Assembly: GCA_951406725.2 (NCBI GenBank)
Contig: OX597815.1
Span: 31,744,001 to 31,808,000 of the forward strand
Reading direction: 5' to 3'
Length of the DNA: 64,000 bases
DNA from: Octopus vulgaris
Lineage: Eukaryota
Part shown: positions 26,710 to 40,253 of the stretch, piece by piece
Numbering within the stretch: the first letter of the stretch is position 1
How the letters are laid out: every line of letters starts with the position of its first letter
The notes under the pieces: generated by a model
What the model was told of the DNA's origin: nothing
The model's input: the letters and a program-made list of their open reading frames with translations, nothing else
Databases searched by the model: none
Translations under genes and position numbers: made by a program

Positions 26710-26758
26710 TATCAAAACAGAAAACTGGAAAATTTGATATCATAACCCTGTCTATATA

Positions 26759-26807
<49 letters not shown>

Positions 26808-27048
26808 ATTTACATATTATATATGTGCATGCGCATGTCATGTCTCTTTGCTTGCTTTCCCTGAAAGTCATTGGCTTACAAGTGGTGACATTGTTGTTAA
26901 TTCACCTGTTGACATATCTTCCATTGGCTTACCACCTTCAAGATCCTGTGCAATAAGAAATCTCTTACTTGAAATGAATATGTGAAGGTTAGCAACAGGA
27001 AGGGCATCCAGCTGCAAAGCAATGCTTCAATAATATATATATTCACTC

Positions 27049-27262
27049 AAGGTGGCAAGCTAGCAGAATCTTTAACATGCAGGCAAAATGTTTAGTAGCA
27101 TTTTGTCTGTCTTTACATCCTGAGTTCAAATTCCGCCAAGGTTGGCTTTGCCCTTCATCTTCTTAGGGTCAATAAAATAAGTACCAGCTGAACACTGGTG
27201 TCAATGTAATCAACTTGGCCCCACCCCAACACTTGCTGGCCTTCTGCCCAAGTCTGAAACTA
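27049..27262 (+). mobile_element. SINE family A, tail A3 (...tgctggccttctgcccaagtctgaaac)
   Basis: Head and body match the other A copies. Confidence 0.85.
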
Positions 27263-27445
27263 ATGATATATTCACTTAATCCAAGCTAGCATGGAAGCAC
27301 AGCTCAGATAACAGAAATTAATAACATCTATGTGTACATATGCGAGCGTGTGTTTATGCGGATATTTGTATACTTACATAATGCAATCTATGCCAGCCTA
27401 GAACACAGACATTAAATTATAATAAATATATGTATATAGGCATGT

Positions 27446-27483
<38 letters not shown>

Positions 27484-27494
27484 ACATGGCTAGG

Positions 27495-27995
27495 TACTGG
27501 CATGGCTATGCGGCAGAGAAGTTTGCTTCCCAACCACATGGTTCTGGATCCAGTCTCACTGTGTGAACCTTGGGCACATGTCTTCTACTATAGCCTCAGG
27601 CTGATCAAAACTTTTTGAAAGGATTTGGTAGACCAAAACTGAAAGAAACCTATATAGGGATATTCACAAAAAAACAAAAGACAAAGACAGGTGGTGTAGA
27701 CAACAAACAGATGTATTAGTATAACACTTTGGGAAGTGAAAAAGTCTTTAATGTTTCGAGCCTATGCTATATATATATTGTTTAACATTTGCTTTAAATG
27801 ATATAAATATATATATATATACATACATACATGATAGGTTTCAGTCCTGTTTAACAATTATGTATTTACTGCATTGGAAATCTGCAATGGCTCCATAACC
27901 ACTGTCTCGGCTATAACCTTGGAGTCCTAGTAACCCATTACACCACTTACCTAGGGTATCTAACAATTTAGATCACCTGTGAACTAAACCCCCAT

Positions 27996-28036
<41 letters not shown>

Positions 28037-28280
28037 ATCTATATGTGTGTGTATTTTTGCGTCTTTGTCTATTCCCCCACCACCACTTGAGAACTGGTGT
28101 TGGTGTGTTTATATCCCTGAAACTTAATGGTTTGGCAAAACGGATGATAGAATAAATACCAGGCTCAAAAAGAAAAAATAATAATAATAAGTTCTGTGTT
28201 TGATTCATTCTACAAAAATTTTTCAAAGTAGTGCTCCAGTATGACCGCAGTTTAATGACTGAAATCAGTAAAAGAGAGAT
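27495..28280 (+). mobile_element. SINE family B split into two halves (27495-27650, 28045-28280) by insertions in its internal microsatellite
   Basis: Both halves match 9612-10020 in order and orientation. Confidence 0.75.
27660..27768 (-). mobile_element. Penelope-like fragment retaining the 3' half of a hammerhead motif
   Basis: Minus strand AGC-auag-GCUC-GAAAC-AUU-AAAG, then a pyrimidine-rich tail resembling those after 24960 and 25190. Confidence 0.5.
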
Positions 28281-28859
28281 GTATGTATATAGATGTCCAT
28301 GTGAGTGTATGTGTATTTAAGGGAGTATGCAATCTTTCTGTGAAACCATAGAAACAAATGGAAAACGTAAATTGAAACAGGCAATAGGGACCAAAACCTG
28401 AATACTTAATTTAAAGAATTTGGAAATAAAGTATGAGTCATTCACCAGAACTAAAGGACTATATTCTTGTCTACACTTTTTTAATTTGATATACACGTGT
28501 GAGTATATATATATATATATATATGTTATCTGTATGTGAGAACTGACAGGTGTATACTCAAACATACATACAGGCAAGCACACATACATATACACAAATA
28601 CACACAGATATAAAGACAGATACAGGCATAGAGAGAGAGGGGGGAGAAAGAGAGAGAGAAAGAAAGACAGATATATAGATGAAGGACAAATAATTCAAAA
28701 AGAAGAATCTGTAAGCCAAGTCAACAGTTTTTATTTGTACTGAATGTTATTCTTCAATATTTTGTTTCACTTAAGAAAACACTGCTGTTTGGCCAACACC
28801 TCCGTACAAACACACATCCATGCCCTATGCCACCTAGCTTGCTAGCACACACTCCCCAT

Positions 28860-29726
28860 ATGTATACTATACACGCATATATACACATATATAAAATACA
28901 TGCATACATTTGTGTCTGTATATATACATACAGATATAGGTATACATACATATAGATATAAGTATCTATATATACATACACATATATGCACATATATATA
29001 TATAATATACATATATACATACATATATATATATGATAAATATACACAAACATACACATGTATATATACTGTATGTATGTGTGTTTGTCTGAATGTATTT
29101 GTATATATTTTTGGACACAAATATGTATGAATATATGTTAATGTATCTACCTATGTTTCTATCTATCTATCTACCTATCTATTTGTGTGTGTGTGTGTGT
29201 GTGTGTGTAAATATATATATAAATATGTGTGTATAGGCATGTATGTTTACATATATGTATATAAACACATATCTATGTACATGCAAATATATTAGCGTAT
29301 ATGTATATAAGTATTTGTATGTATATATATGTATATAGATATATACATATATATGTGTGTGTGTCTGTGTGTGTGTGTACATAAATACATACACACACAT
29401 GCACGCACACAAACACACACACACACAAAAGCATGTTTTTTTCGTTATTATTTAAGTCTTTAGTTTGTTTTAGCCATCATAAGTAAGACCATTACAAAAT
29501 GTTTGTATGTTTCCCCCCTCTCTCACTACATATAAAAACACACACATGCAAGCACAACACATAGACACACGTGCACTCGACATCAGAAATACATACATTC
29601 TAATGCATGCCAACACATGCACATATACATACACAAAATACACAATAAACAGCTAATATATATTTACGCTCCAAACTTACCTACGCACGCACGCATACAA
29701 CACACACCACACACACACAAACACAC

Positions 29727-29787
<61 letters not shown>

Positions 29788-31006
29788 CACACACACATAT
29801 ACACACATATATGTATACACACACACACATATATATATATACATACATATATATATACACACATATATATATACACATATATATATACATACATATATAT
29901 ATACACACATATATATACACACATGTATATATATATATATACATATATATACACACATATGTGCATATATATACACATACACATATATATACATATATAT
30001 ACACACATATATGTATATATATATACACACACACATATGCACATACACATAAGCACAGTTACCCAAACATGTTCCCACGCAATATACACAAACGCATTTT
30101 TGCAACTAAATAGATGAGAAATTACCATAGTGAAATTTGTCTATTTATAAACCTTATAATTAGATAAAGGGACTCGGAGGATGACAAGGGGTAGTGTGGA
30201 AAACTAAAGATGTTATTGCCATTATTACATTTGCTTTTTCAAGACGATCAATGCCACCTTCTTTAAATTCCCTTATATTCCTTTTTACTTTCAGCATTCC
30301 TGGAACCCACCCACTCATACATCACCCTACATTACCTGCCATTCTTGTGTTCGTTCATCCTATTTTTTTAGATGTAATTTTTGAATTTTTTTTTTTAAAG
30401 TATTCATTTTAATTTATTTATTTATTTATTTATTTATTTACTTGAATATTTAGTTATTTGTTTATGTATATATATTTTGAAAACAGACTTTCACTTTCCA
30501 TCAGGTCCCTCTTGCTCTCCCCAACATCACCCTTTTCTCATTTCGCTCTCCCTGTTACAGCTACTACTTCAGCTCCCTCTCTGTAGTCTTTGCAATTTTC
30601 AGGGAGAGAAACAGAGACAAATGAAAATAAACAAACTACCTTAGATCCCCTAACCCCCACCATCTCTCCCTCACCTTTTAAATTAAGATTGGCCAGGTGG
30701 AAGGAGCTCAGCTTCCTTACTCATCTATCTGTTTATCTATCCATCTATCTATCTGTCTGTCTGTCTGTCTTGTCTCTCTGCCTCTCTCTCTCTCTCTCAA
30801 TTTATCCATATATATATTATATATATACATATATCTGAGCACAACATGTTGGTATGTATTTTGTATGTATGTACATATGTATCTACCTGTCTATCTGCTT
30901 ATATCTTCTTTATCTGGATGTGTGTGTGTTATGTGAGTGTGTGTGCGTGTGTGTGTGTGTGTGTGTTATCTATTTGTTTCCATATATTTCATCCTCTATT
31001 AAGTAA

Positions 31007-31044
<38 letters not shown>

Positions 31045-31093
31045 TTTTGTATGAATGCCAACAGACATATATCTATATGTACATATATGTATA

Positions 31094-31134
<41 letters not shown>

Positions 31135-31169
31135 ATATATATATATATGCGTATGTATATATATATATA

Positions 31170-31215
<46 letters not shown>

Positions 31216-31472
31216 TATGTACACACCACACTCACATATACATACACAGTGCAGTAACATGACTTCACTCACTGAACATTTTAAAATGTTGATTTATCTG
31301 AAGAAAATGTGTAAAAATGGACTTAAAGAATTCAGAAAGAAAATCTTGAGAAATCAAAATTTCTTGGAACAAAAAAAATTTCTTTCTTCCTATATATTTT
31401 AATGAAGTCTAATGTGTTTGTGTGTGTTCTGAAGTTTGTGTATGTATGTTTGTATGTGAGAAATACTTGTGT

Positions 31473-31544
<72 letters not shown>

Positions 31545-31624
31545 GTTTGTGTATGAATTGTGTATGATTATGTGTGTATGAGTGAAATATGTGCACCGGT
31601 CATATATACATTTATACACATATA

Positions 31625-31697
<73 letters not shown>

Positions 31698-31820
31698 TTG
31701 TATATATATAGAGAGAGATGATAGTGATGATAGTGGTGGTAGTAGTAGTAGTAGTAGTGGTGGTGGTGGTGGTGGTGGTGGTGGTAGTAGAGGTGGTGGT
31801 GATCATGATGGTGGTGGTGG
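28860..31820. repeat. Microsatellite-dominated region: (TA)n, (CA)n, (TATG)n, (TCTA)n, (GGT)n, with unique spacers
   Basis: Directly visible. Confidence 0.9.
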
Positions 31821-32440
31821 TGGTGGTGATGATGATGATACATATGTTATTACCTTCTTTCCTATAATCACGTATTGTGATGTGGTTGAATTCTACAACA
31901 AAGATGTACAGCTTGCTAGCTGCAATATGAAAGGAACTGGAGTGATGGGTTTGGTATAAATCAGTAGATGGCAAGGAACTGGCAGAGCTCTTGGAGCATT
32001 GAACACATTGCCTCATGTTATTTCTTCCAGTTCAGAGTGCTCTGAGTTCAAGTCCCATTTAGGCCGTCTTTGCTCTTTTATTCCTTCCAAAGTCAATGAT
32101 AAATTATCGAACCACCCTGTTGTATTGACTGAACTGTTAGAGGCTGGGAGCAAAATGCTTTGTGCTATATGTCCTTGACCTTTGCATCCTGACTGTAATA
32201 CCTGTGATGACAATTGTTCCAAGCTATATTGTGGGTCACTTCAGCTGTCATTTCTTGATGGGTCAGTGAACTGCATCTCTCTCATCCATTTCACCATTGG
32301 CTCGGTTGCTGCAGCTGGATGCCTTTCCTAATACTAACTGCCTTGCTGAATGTGATGAACACTTTTTCTCATAGCACCGGCACTAAAGGGGTTATCATGC
32401 CAGCTGTTGAACCAATGCCAGCATGGAGAGCAAACATTAA

Positions 32441-32662
32441 CCCTTTAGCATCCAAACCATCCACATCCAGCCCATATATTCTACCTGTTTTATATTCAAA
32501 CCAGCTTGATGCAAACTCTCACACCTGCTCTACAATGTCATTCTAAAAATAAGCAATAACACATTGAGAATCTCAAAGCTGCAAGATGATTCATGACTAA
32601 TTCAGAACAATGTAAATAAATAAGCATTACATTTGCGATAGAATAATCTGAGTGCTAAAGGG
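32441..32662. mobile_element. piggyBac-like MITE
   Basis: 10-bp TIR ccctttagca / tgctaaaggg; flanked by TTAA (32437-32440) and TTGA (32663-32666, decayed TSD). Confidence 0.75.
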
Positions 32663-33950
32663 TTGACTGTTGATGGATACACTCTGTACAGCAGTTGGTA
32701 ACAAGCCATAGACCAATTTCTCTTCAACTTATGGTAGTCCAGTCCTATATCATGTTCACCACCTCTGGCACCATTTCGTAATTGGTGTTATTCAAAGTGA
32801 CACCCACAGCATTTCTTTGAAGCAATGATAGATTTTAGATATGGTAAGGGAAAGCAGTCAATTACAAAATAACAAAATATAGATTTTCATAATCCTCTCA
32901 TAGTTTATAATGTTACTACTTCATCTTCATTGCCAAGGAAACTGTGAGGTAAAATCTAGAATTAGTTGAATATCAAGTTGATGTACTACTCCGTACAGCC
33001 CTACACAACTCTGTACAAACCTGTACTGCAATGTACCGCACTTTATTCAAGCTGGTTTGTTAAGAAGGCCATTAGTGATTTTCCAAGCAAAATAAACTCA
33101 TTTAATAAGCAATTGATGATTATCTGCTTAGAAAATCTTAAATAATTCTTCATGTCAGTATCAAGTAGGCTCTTGACTTTAAAAATTTTGTATTGATTTT
33201 AAATGCTACTCAATGGCTTCAGTAATTGATTCTAAAGCAGCTATTTTCTGAAGAGCTTTCACTATTACACACACTTGCACATACACACACACACACACAA
33301 AAAAAAACATATACATCATCATCATCATACACACACACACATATACACAGATACACATACATACTCACAGACATGTATACTCTGAAATATTAATAATATA
33401 CGTAGATAAATGGATATCTTATTGTTTTAATGTATTAAGAAATATTTATTAAATATATACACGCATATGTGCATGTATGTATTTCTGTCTTTCTCTCTGT
33501 CTCTTTCTCTCTCTGTCTACCTGTGTGTGTGTGTGTGTGCGCGTGTGTGTGTGCATACGTGTATGTGTGTGTTTATCATGTGTGAGAGTGTTTTAACAAT
33601 TCAGCATACTTAAGGATGAAATAAATGAAAAATCAATTTAGGTATTTTTGATTTATTCTAATAGTGAAAATTAATCGTAAGAAATCAACTTGTAGAAGTA
33701 GACTGTATTTCCTGGAAGCAAATTGTATAAAACCCTTGAGACCTGCTTCCTAATGTTTGTAAACAGAAAATAGATTGTGAGTCGTATTAAGAAACATTGG
33801 CAAACATTAGTAGTTGCTACATGGGTAAAGCAACAGGTTTTAAACCAGTAGAATGTTAGTTTGTTACTTCTTTGCTGATTGAGATGACCACAAAAAGAAT
33901 ATTTTCTCAACCACATGATCATTAGTGCATATTTCTTTTTCCTTTTTATT

Positions 33951-34107
33951 GGTGCAGGAGTGGCTGTGTGGTAAGTAGCTTGCTTATCAACCACATGGTT
34001 CTAGGTTCAGTCCCACTGCGTTGCACCTTGGGCAAGTGTCTTCTACTACAGCCTCGGGCTGACCAAAGGCTTGTGAGTGGATTTGGTAGACGGAAACTGA
34101 AAGAAAC

Positions 34108-34112
<5 letters not shown>
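33951..34112 (+). mobile_element. SINE family B, 5' half
   Basis: Close match to the heads at 9612 and 19940. Confidence 0.9.
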
Positions 34113-34149
<37 letters not shown>

Positions 34150-34183
34150 TATATATGTGTGTGTATACACATCAATGGAATGA

Positions 34184-34228
34184 TTGAGCTACTGGGATAG
34201 GTTGAAAGAGCTGCGACTCTATTCCCTG
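34184..34228 (+). pseudogene. Small internal fragment of CR1-group LINE ORF2 (LSYWDRLKELRLYSL)
   Basis: Translation matches the LSYxxRLxxLxLxSL motif found after the RT domain in CR1-clade ORF2 proteins. Confidence 0.7.
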
Positions 34229-37016
34229 TCAACATAAGGCAGACCTATTAACAAAAGTGTTCCAGCCATGTCAGTCCATCTGATTTTTAGACAATGTATC
34301 CAGGAATACATTATCCAATGTGTCTTTCTTCTTTGAAGATGCTACAGAGTAGGTTGAAGGTAAGTTTCCTACTATTTCTAGCAAGGTGAGCAACCATTGA
34401 AAGATTTCTTTGTTAATTTGATCTGGAACATATATACATATATATATGTTCCAGATCAAATATACATATATATATATATGAAGAAGAAACCACATGTAGA
34501 CCTGATGACCTTGTGAACTTGTTACTTTGACTTTGTAAAAGATGAAATGCTATTCAAAATGGGAATATTTTCTAGTCTTGAAGAGGAAACTCAGTTGTAA
34601 AAATGAAAAGGTCTGCTAAGCTATAACAAAAGAATATCTTCGAAAGTCATATAATAATGACATTAAAGCTGAATCTAATCTTGTTAAGTACCAGCTTAGA
34701 ATCATCAAGAAATCTATCCAGCCATCTACTTACAGGCTGGGCGTCCGTATTTTTTTATGTTGAAGTACTTTATGAAGTATTTTGACATTCACATTTAATC
34801 TGGAATCACTGACAGTCAGACAATAGATATCAGATTAAAAAATTAGCGTATGAATACCTACTGTAATGCAGTTAATTCAGTTGTAAGAATTTATTCCTTA
34901 ACGGTTCCTGAAAATAAATTAAGTATCAATTTCTAAAACTGTACTAAATGGCATCATCCAATTTAATTACTTCCATTGGCTGTGGAGTTCAGCCTTTCTC
35001 CATCAAGATGTATCACATATTAGTTATTGTTACCTATAACCTGCTTTTGACAGCTCTGCAGCTCCTGGAACTGGTCATTGATGACCTTTAACCTTCATTA
35101 GCCATCTCTGTGGGACTATATTATTAGGTAGTCCTTGTTACTGACCCTTCATTTTACCGTTGTCAGAATTATCAACTCTTAAAGTTTAGTTTTGTTCAGA
35201 AAACTGTCAGCTTAGAAAGATTGCTAAGCATAAGAAATTTCCAGCAAATTGATTTTGCTTCTCTTTCTTTTTCGTTGTTGCTGTTGTTCTTTTTGTTGTT
35301 TTTATGAATTCACCAACAAATACATAAAGTTAGAGATAATAAAATTACTAATAATAAAATAGGATGTGCTAATAAAAAAAAAAATTGGCTTAGCATTTTC
35401 AAGCATCAGAAAAACTATCAAAAATCACATTTTCTTCTATTTCTTTCGTCTTCATACTGTTAGGGAATTATGAATTACTTTATTTTTTTTGCAGCAAGGT
35501 TTTTTTTTTTCATTATATTTTTTTTTAACATTTATTTAGTTTATTATTCAAATATTGCAATTTGTTCAAATTCACGATCACATGTGTAAAATATCTGGTT
35601 AAAATATTCATCCGATGATAAACAAATCCCTGATTTCACAAGTCATTAAAGATCGTGGTTATTCTATGTCTTAGTTCAAACATCTTCGACAACAGTCTTT
35701 TTACAGCATATAGTATTTGCAATTGACAGGAATGCTGCAGATTAGCATGTTTAACTGGCCTGGTCTTTTGACAAGTTAATGCTGAAGCAACTTTCATTTG
35801 ACAGTCTTGTCATTTATGACAGCACCATAAAAAATTGTCTAGAATATTCCATTGCTCTTACTGGAAGCATATTCATATCTTTTTGACTTCAAAACCTTAT
35901 ACAGACATCTTAAACAGATAAAAATTTGTTCTTTGCTTTAAAACTTAATAGATGTAGTTACAAAACCAAATTATGTTCATCTATGTTATATGTTGTTCAT
36001 GAATAGGTTTTTTTCCTCTTATCTCAATAAAAAATAAGTCTTCAGCTGCAGATTTTAGTGTTTTTTTTTTTTGTTTTTTTTTTATATTATTGATTATAAT
36101 AGTAATTAATCTTTAAAATGCTAAGGCAGATAGGAATTCGAATGATAGAAAATACTAACATTCACTAAGAAATTTAACAAGAAATTGCTACAAGCTGTTT
36201 GCTATATTTCTTCGTTACATTTATGTCTGTTTTTCTATGCTGTCATGAGTTAGACAGGCTTTCTGTGGTAGTTTTATGGCTGGATGTCCTTTCTGATTCA
36301 AACCCTTCTAGTCACCTCTTACAACTCATGGAATATATACATTTATTTGAAAACCAGGTTAAGAACAGTAGAGAGAGATGATACAAAGAAAGTTCCAACA
36401 AGCCCAATGAACATACACTTAACACTATATTTCACCATCATTATCATCATCATCCTTATCATTTCACTTCATATTTAACAATAAAATTACTGATTGTATA
36501 AAAAGATAAGATGGTCAAAATTAGATTATCTTTGATCATTGGCCTGATCAAGACAAACCTGGGGTCAGACAACAGCTTATGGTCTGATAGTCCCCATAAT
36601 ACAAACATTCTCTGTTCAATGAATTTTCATTTTTTTTCTTCCTTGACAAAGACACAGATGTAGAAAGTGTTGAGGAAAGGTAGAGAATTACAAAACATCA
36701 CTAACTTTCATTTTATTTCATTTATTTATTATTCTCATCATTTTCTTTTCTGTTTTGTTTATTTTCTTTCCTTTTTTTTGTAATTGTGTTTTGTTTGGGT
36801 TTTTTTTTTTTAAACAAAATAAGTGCTGTTTATTGCCATGTAGATTCATTCCGTAAAACAAATATTTGGCAACCTTACAAACATTCCTTATCACCACCTC
36901 CACCTCTTCTTCCTCCTCTCTCTTGATATCATCATTAGACTCTTTCTCTCTCTCTCTCCCCCCTTGACACACATATATATATATATATAAACACACACAC
37001 ATATATACATACATAC

Positions 37017-37152
<136 letters not shown>

Positions 37153-37927
37153 AGTTGCATGAAAGAATTCCGTTGTTTTGATAAGCTAAGTAGACTTCTT
37201 TTGGTCTTTGCTGTTTATTTTAGTTAAATTGAAGTAATTTTAGAATTTTCAGACTAGCCGAAATTAGTCGCCTAATAATGATAATAATAATAATAATAAT
37301 GATAATAATAATAATAATAATGATAATAATAATAATAATAATGATAATAATAATAGTGATGGTGGATAGTCGTTGTGGTGACGATGGTGGAGGTATTGGT
37401 AATGATAACGATGATGGTGGTGGTGGTGGTGGTGGTAATGACAGTGATTGGGAAGGTGGTGTGTTGTTATAACTACAGCAAATGTAATGAAGGTAATGAA
37501 GAGTGATTTCTATGATTTTTTTTCTGTTTTTTTTTTTTGGTGGGGGGCGAAGGTGTTTTTTAAAATTTTTTGCTGCAAGAAGTAAAGAATATGGTTAATT
37601 GAATGTTTCTGATAGCAATTTGAAAAAAGGTGAAGTATAAAGTCAGCCACCACAAGAAAAAAAAAAAAACATCTAAAATCAATATCAAAAACATAAAGAT
37701 GGAGGAGATGATGATGATAATAATGATGATGATGGTGGTGGCAGTGACGGCGGTGGTGGTAATGATGATGATTGTGATCATGATGATGATGATGATTTCA
37801 TACAATGGCATAAGATTTATAAGATAGGGGGAAAACGTAATTGTATGATATTCATGGTTATCACCTAAGAATTAACGATTTATAAAATCTTTATTATAAC
37901 ACATCAGTATTTATTCAGGAAAATATT

Positions 37928-38270
37928 GGTGCAGGCATGGCTGTGTGGTAAAGGAGGTTTGCTCCCCAACCACATGGTTTTGGGTTCAGCCCCATTGCTT
38001 GGTATCTTAAGCAAGTGTCTTCTTCTATAACCCTTGACCAACCTAAGCCCTTTGAGTGAATATGGGACACAGAAATGCATGCACATGTGTGTGTGTGTGT
38101 GTGTGTGTGTGTCTGTTTGTCTATGTGTTTGTGTCTGTCTTTCCACCACTTGACAACCAGTGTTAGTTTGTTTATGTCCCCTTAGCAATTTGGTAAAAAA
38201 AAACTGATAGAGTAAATACCAAACTTTAATGGCATTGGCCTAGTATTGCCAGAATCTAATGACTGGAAAA
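37928..38270 (+). mobile_element. SINE family B, decayed
   Basis: Head, body (ccaccacttgacaaccagtg) and tail (aatgactgga) recognisable. Confidence 0.8.
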
Positions 38271-38639
38271 TAAACTACAGTGAGTCATACAAAGGCTGAA
38301 TTGAGAAATGGAAATGGTGTGAAACCCCAAGATGCTAGACATTTTCACTGCTGTGGGTTCAACATGGAATTGTCACAATGAGAATATGCAAACTCATTTT
38401 GTGGCCTGGACTCATTGAGAGCAACAGTGATAAGGGAGGTAATAACATCAATAGTAGTAGTAGTAGTAGTAGTAGTAGTAGCAACAATAGTAATAATAAT
38501 AATGATAATAACAGACATAGAAGGTGAAGGAGAAGAGGAAGAAGAGTCTTAAAAGCAGAGATGTTGGCTGTTAAAGTATTTCTTACATATCCACCAAAAT
38601 AATAATAATAATAATAACAATAACAATAATAATAATAAT

Positions 38640-38815
38640 AATTCCTAATTGTGGCACAAGGCTAGCAATTTTGAGGAGAGAGATTTAGTCGATACCATTG
38701 TCCCTGGAGGGATGACGGCAAAGTTGATCTCAGCAGAATTTGAACTCAGAAGGCAAAAAGCCAAAATAAATACAACAGAGTATTTCTTGTGACACTCTAC
38801 TGATTCTGCCAGCTC
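38640..38815 (-). mobile_element. SINE family A, decayed, internally deleted
   Basis: ggcacaaggc..ggcaaagttgatctcagcagaatttgaactcagaa..ttctgccagctc. Confidence 0.75.
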
Positions 38816-39070
38816 AACAACAACAATAATAATAAAGTTTAATGGTAGAATATGAAGAGGCTGTGATTTAACAGTTAATCACATTGTTATTGACTGCGAT
38901 TTGGCAGAGTTTTATTACAACATGAGATAGAAAGTTTTGCCCTATGTTTCGGTCCTCTCCACTTTGATTTCAATTCCTGCCAAGATCATCTATGCAGTTT
39001 TCATCTTTTGGAGGTCAATATATAAAGTACCAGTCCAGAGCAATGCATTGATGGAATTATTAAAATGTAT

Positions 39071-39274
39071 GGCGGCAAGCTGGCAGAAATGTTAGCACGT
39101 CTGCCGTTACGTTCTGAGTTCAAATTCTGCCGAGGTCGACTTTGCCTTTCATCCTTTCGGGGTTGATAAATTAAGTACCAGTTACGCACTGGAGTTGATA
39201 TAATCGACTTAATCCCTTTGTCTGTCCTTGTTTGTCCTCTCTGTGTTTAGCCCCTTGTGGGTAGTAAAGAAATA
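39071..39274 (+). mobile_element. SINE family A, tail A1, with an internal deletion, next to an older decayed A copy (38900-39050)
   Basis: 14-bp TSD ggaattattaaaat / ggaattgttaaaat (39053-39066, 39275-39288). Confidence 0.9.
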
Positions 39275-39717
39275 GGAATTGTTAAAATTAGACTCAATGC
39301 CTAATAGCATATATTCCCACTATTTATGATCTGAGAGCAATGGTTGTGATAACAGTGGTACCAAGGTGTGTTGGACTTTGTTATTTTCTCAGACAAGATT
39401 GGCAACATGGAGAGAGGTAACATGGATGTATGGGAAAATGCTAGATTTTTATTTAAAAGATAGTCCTTGCCTAGATATTCACCTGTCAGGTATCGACTAA
39501 ACCTCCCCCACCCAAATTTGCTGGGCTTGTGTCTAAAGTTGAAACCATTATTGGGTAAGCAGGCAGAATCATTTGTGCATTGGACAAAATGCTTAATAAC
39601 ATTTCTTTTGGAGCTTTATGTTCTGAGTTCAAATTCTGCCATGGTTAACTTTTCCTTTCATCGTTCTGGGGTCAACAAAATATAGTACTGGGGTCAATAT
39701 GATTGTTAAGGCAGAGA

Positions 39718-40253
39718 TCTGGTGGAATCGTAGTCAAAATGCTTAACAGCTCTTATCCATTTTTACATTCTGAGTTCAAATTCTGCCAAGGTAGTCTATG
39801 GCTTTCATCCATTCAGGGTCAATAAAATAAGTACCAGTTAAGCACTGGGGGGCGATGTAATCAACTTACTCCACCTTAAGCATTGGCAGATCTGGTGGAA
39901 TCATTAGCAACACCAGTCAAAATGCTTAACAGCTCTTGTCCATTTTTACATTCTGAGTTCAAATTCTGCCAAGGTAGTCTATGGCTTTCATTCATTCAGG
40001 GTCAATAAAATAAGTACCAGTTAAGTACTGGTGGCGATGTAATCAACTTACTCCACCATAAGCATTGGCAGTTCTGGTGGAATCATTAGCAACACCAGTC
40101 AAAATGCTTAACAGCTCTTGTCCATTTTTACATTCTGAGTTCAAATTCTGCCAAGGTAGTCTATGGCTTTCATCCATTCAGGGTCAATAAAATAAGTACC
40201 AGTTAAACACTGGGGGTGATGTAATCAACTTACTCCACCTTAAGCATTGGCAG
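39718..40253 (+). repeat. Tandem triplication (periods 173 and 182 bp) of a SINE A copy
   Basis: tctggtggaatc recurs at 39718, 39891 and 40073; units share private variants (ggtagtctatggc). Confidence 0.95.

Noticed and set aside
34680-34930. Minus-strand splice-like signals and short open frames (e.g. RWLDRFLDD)
   Set aside because: Candidate exons contain stops or have no recognisable product.
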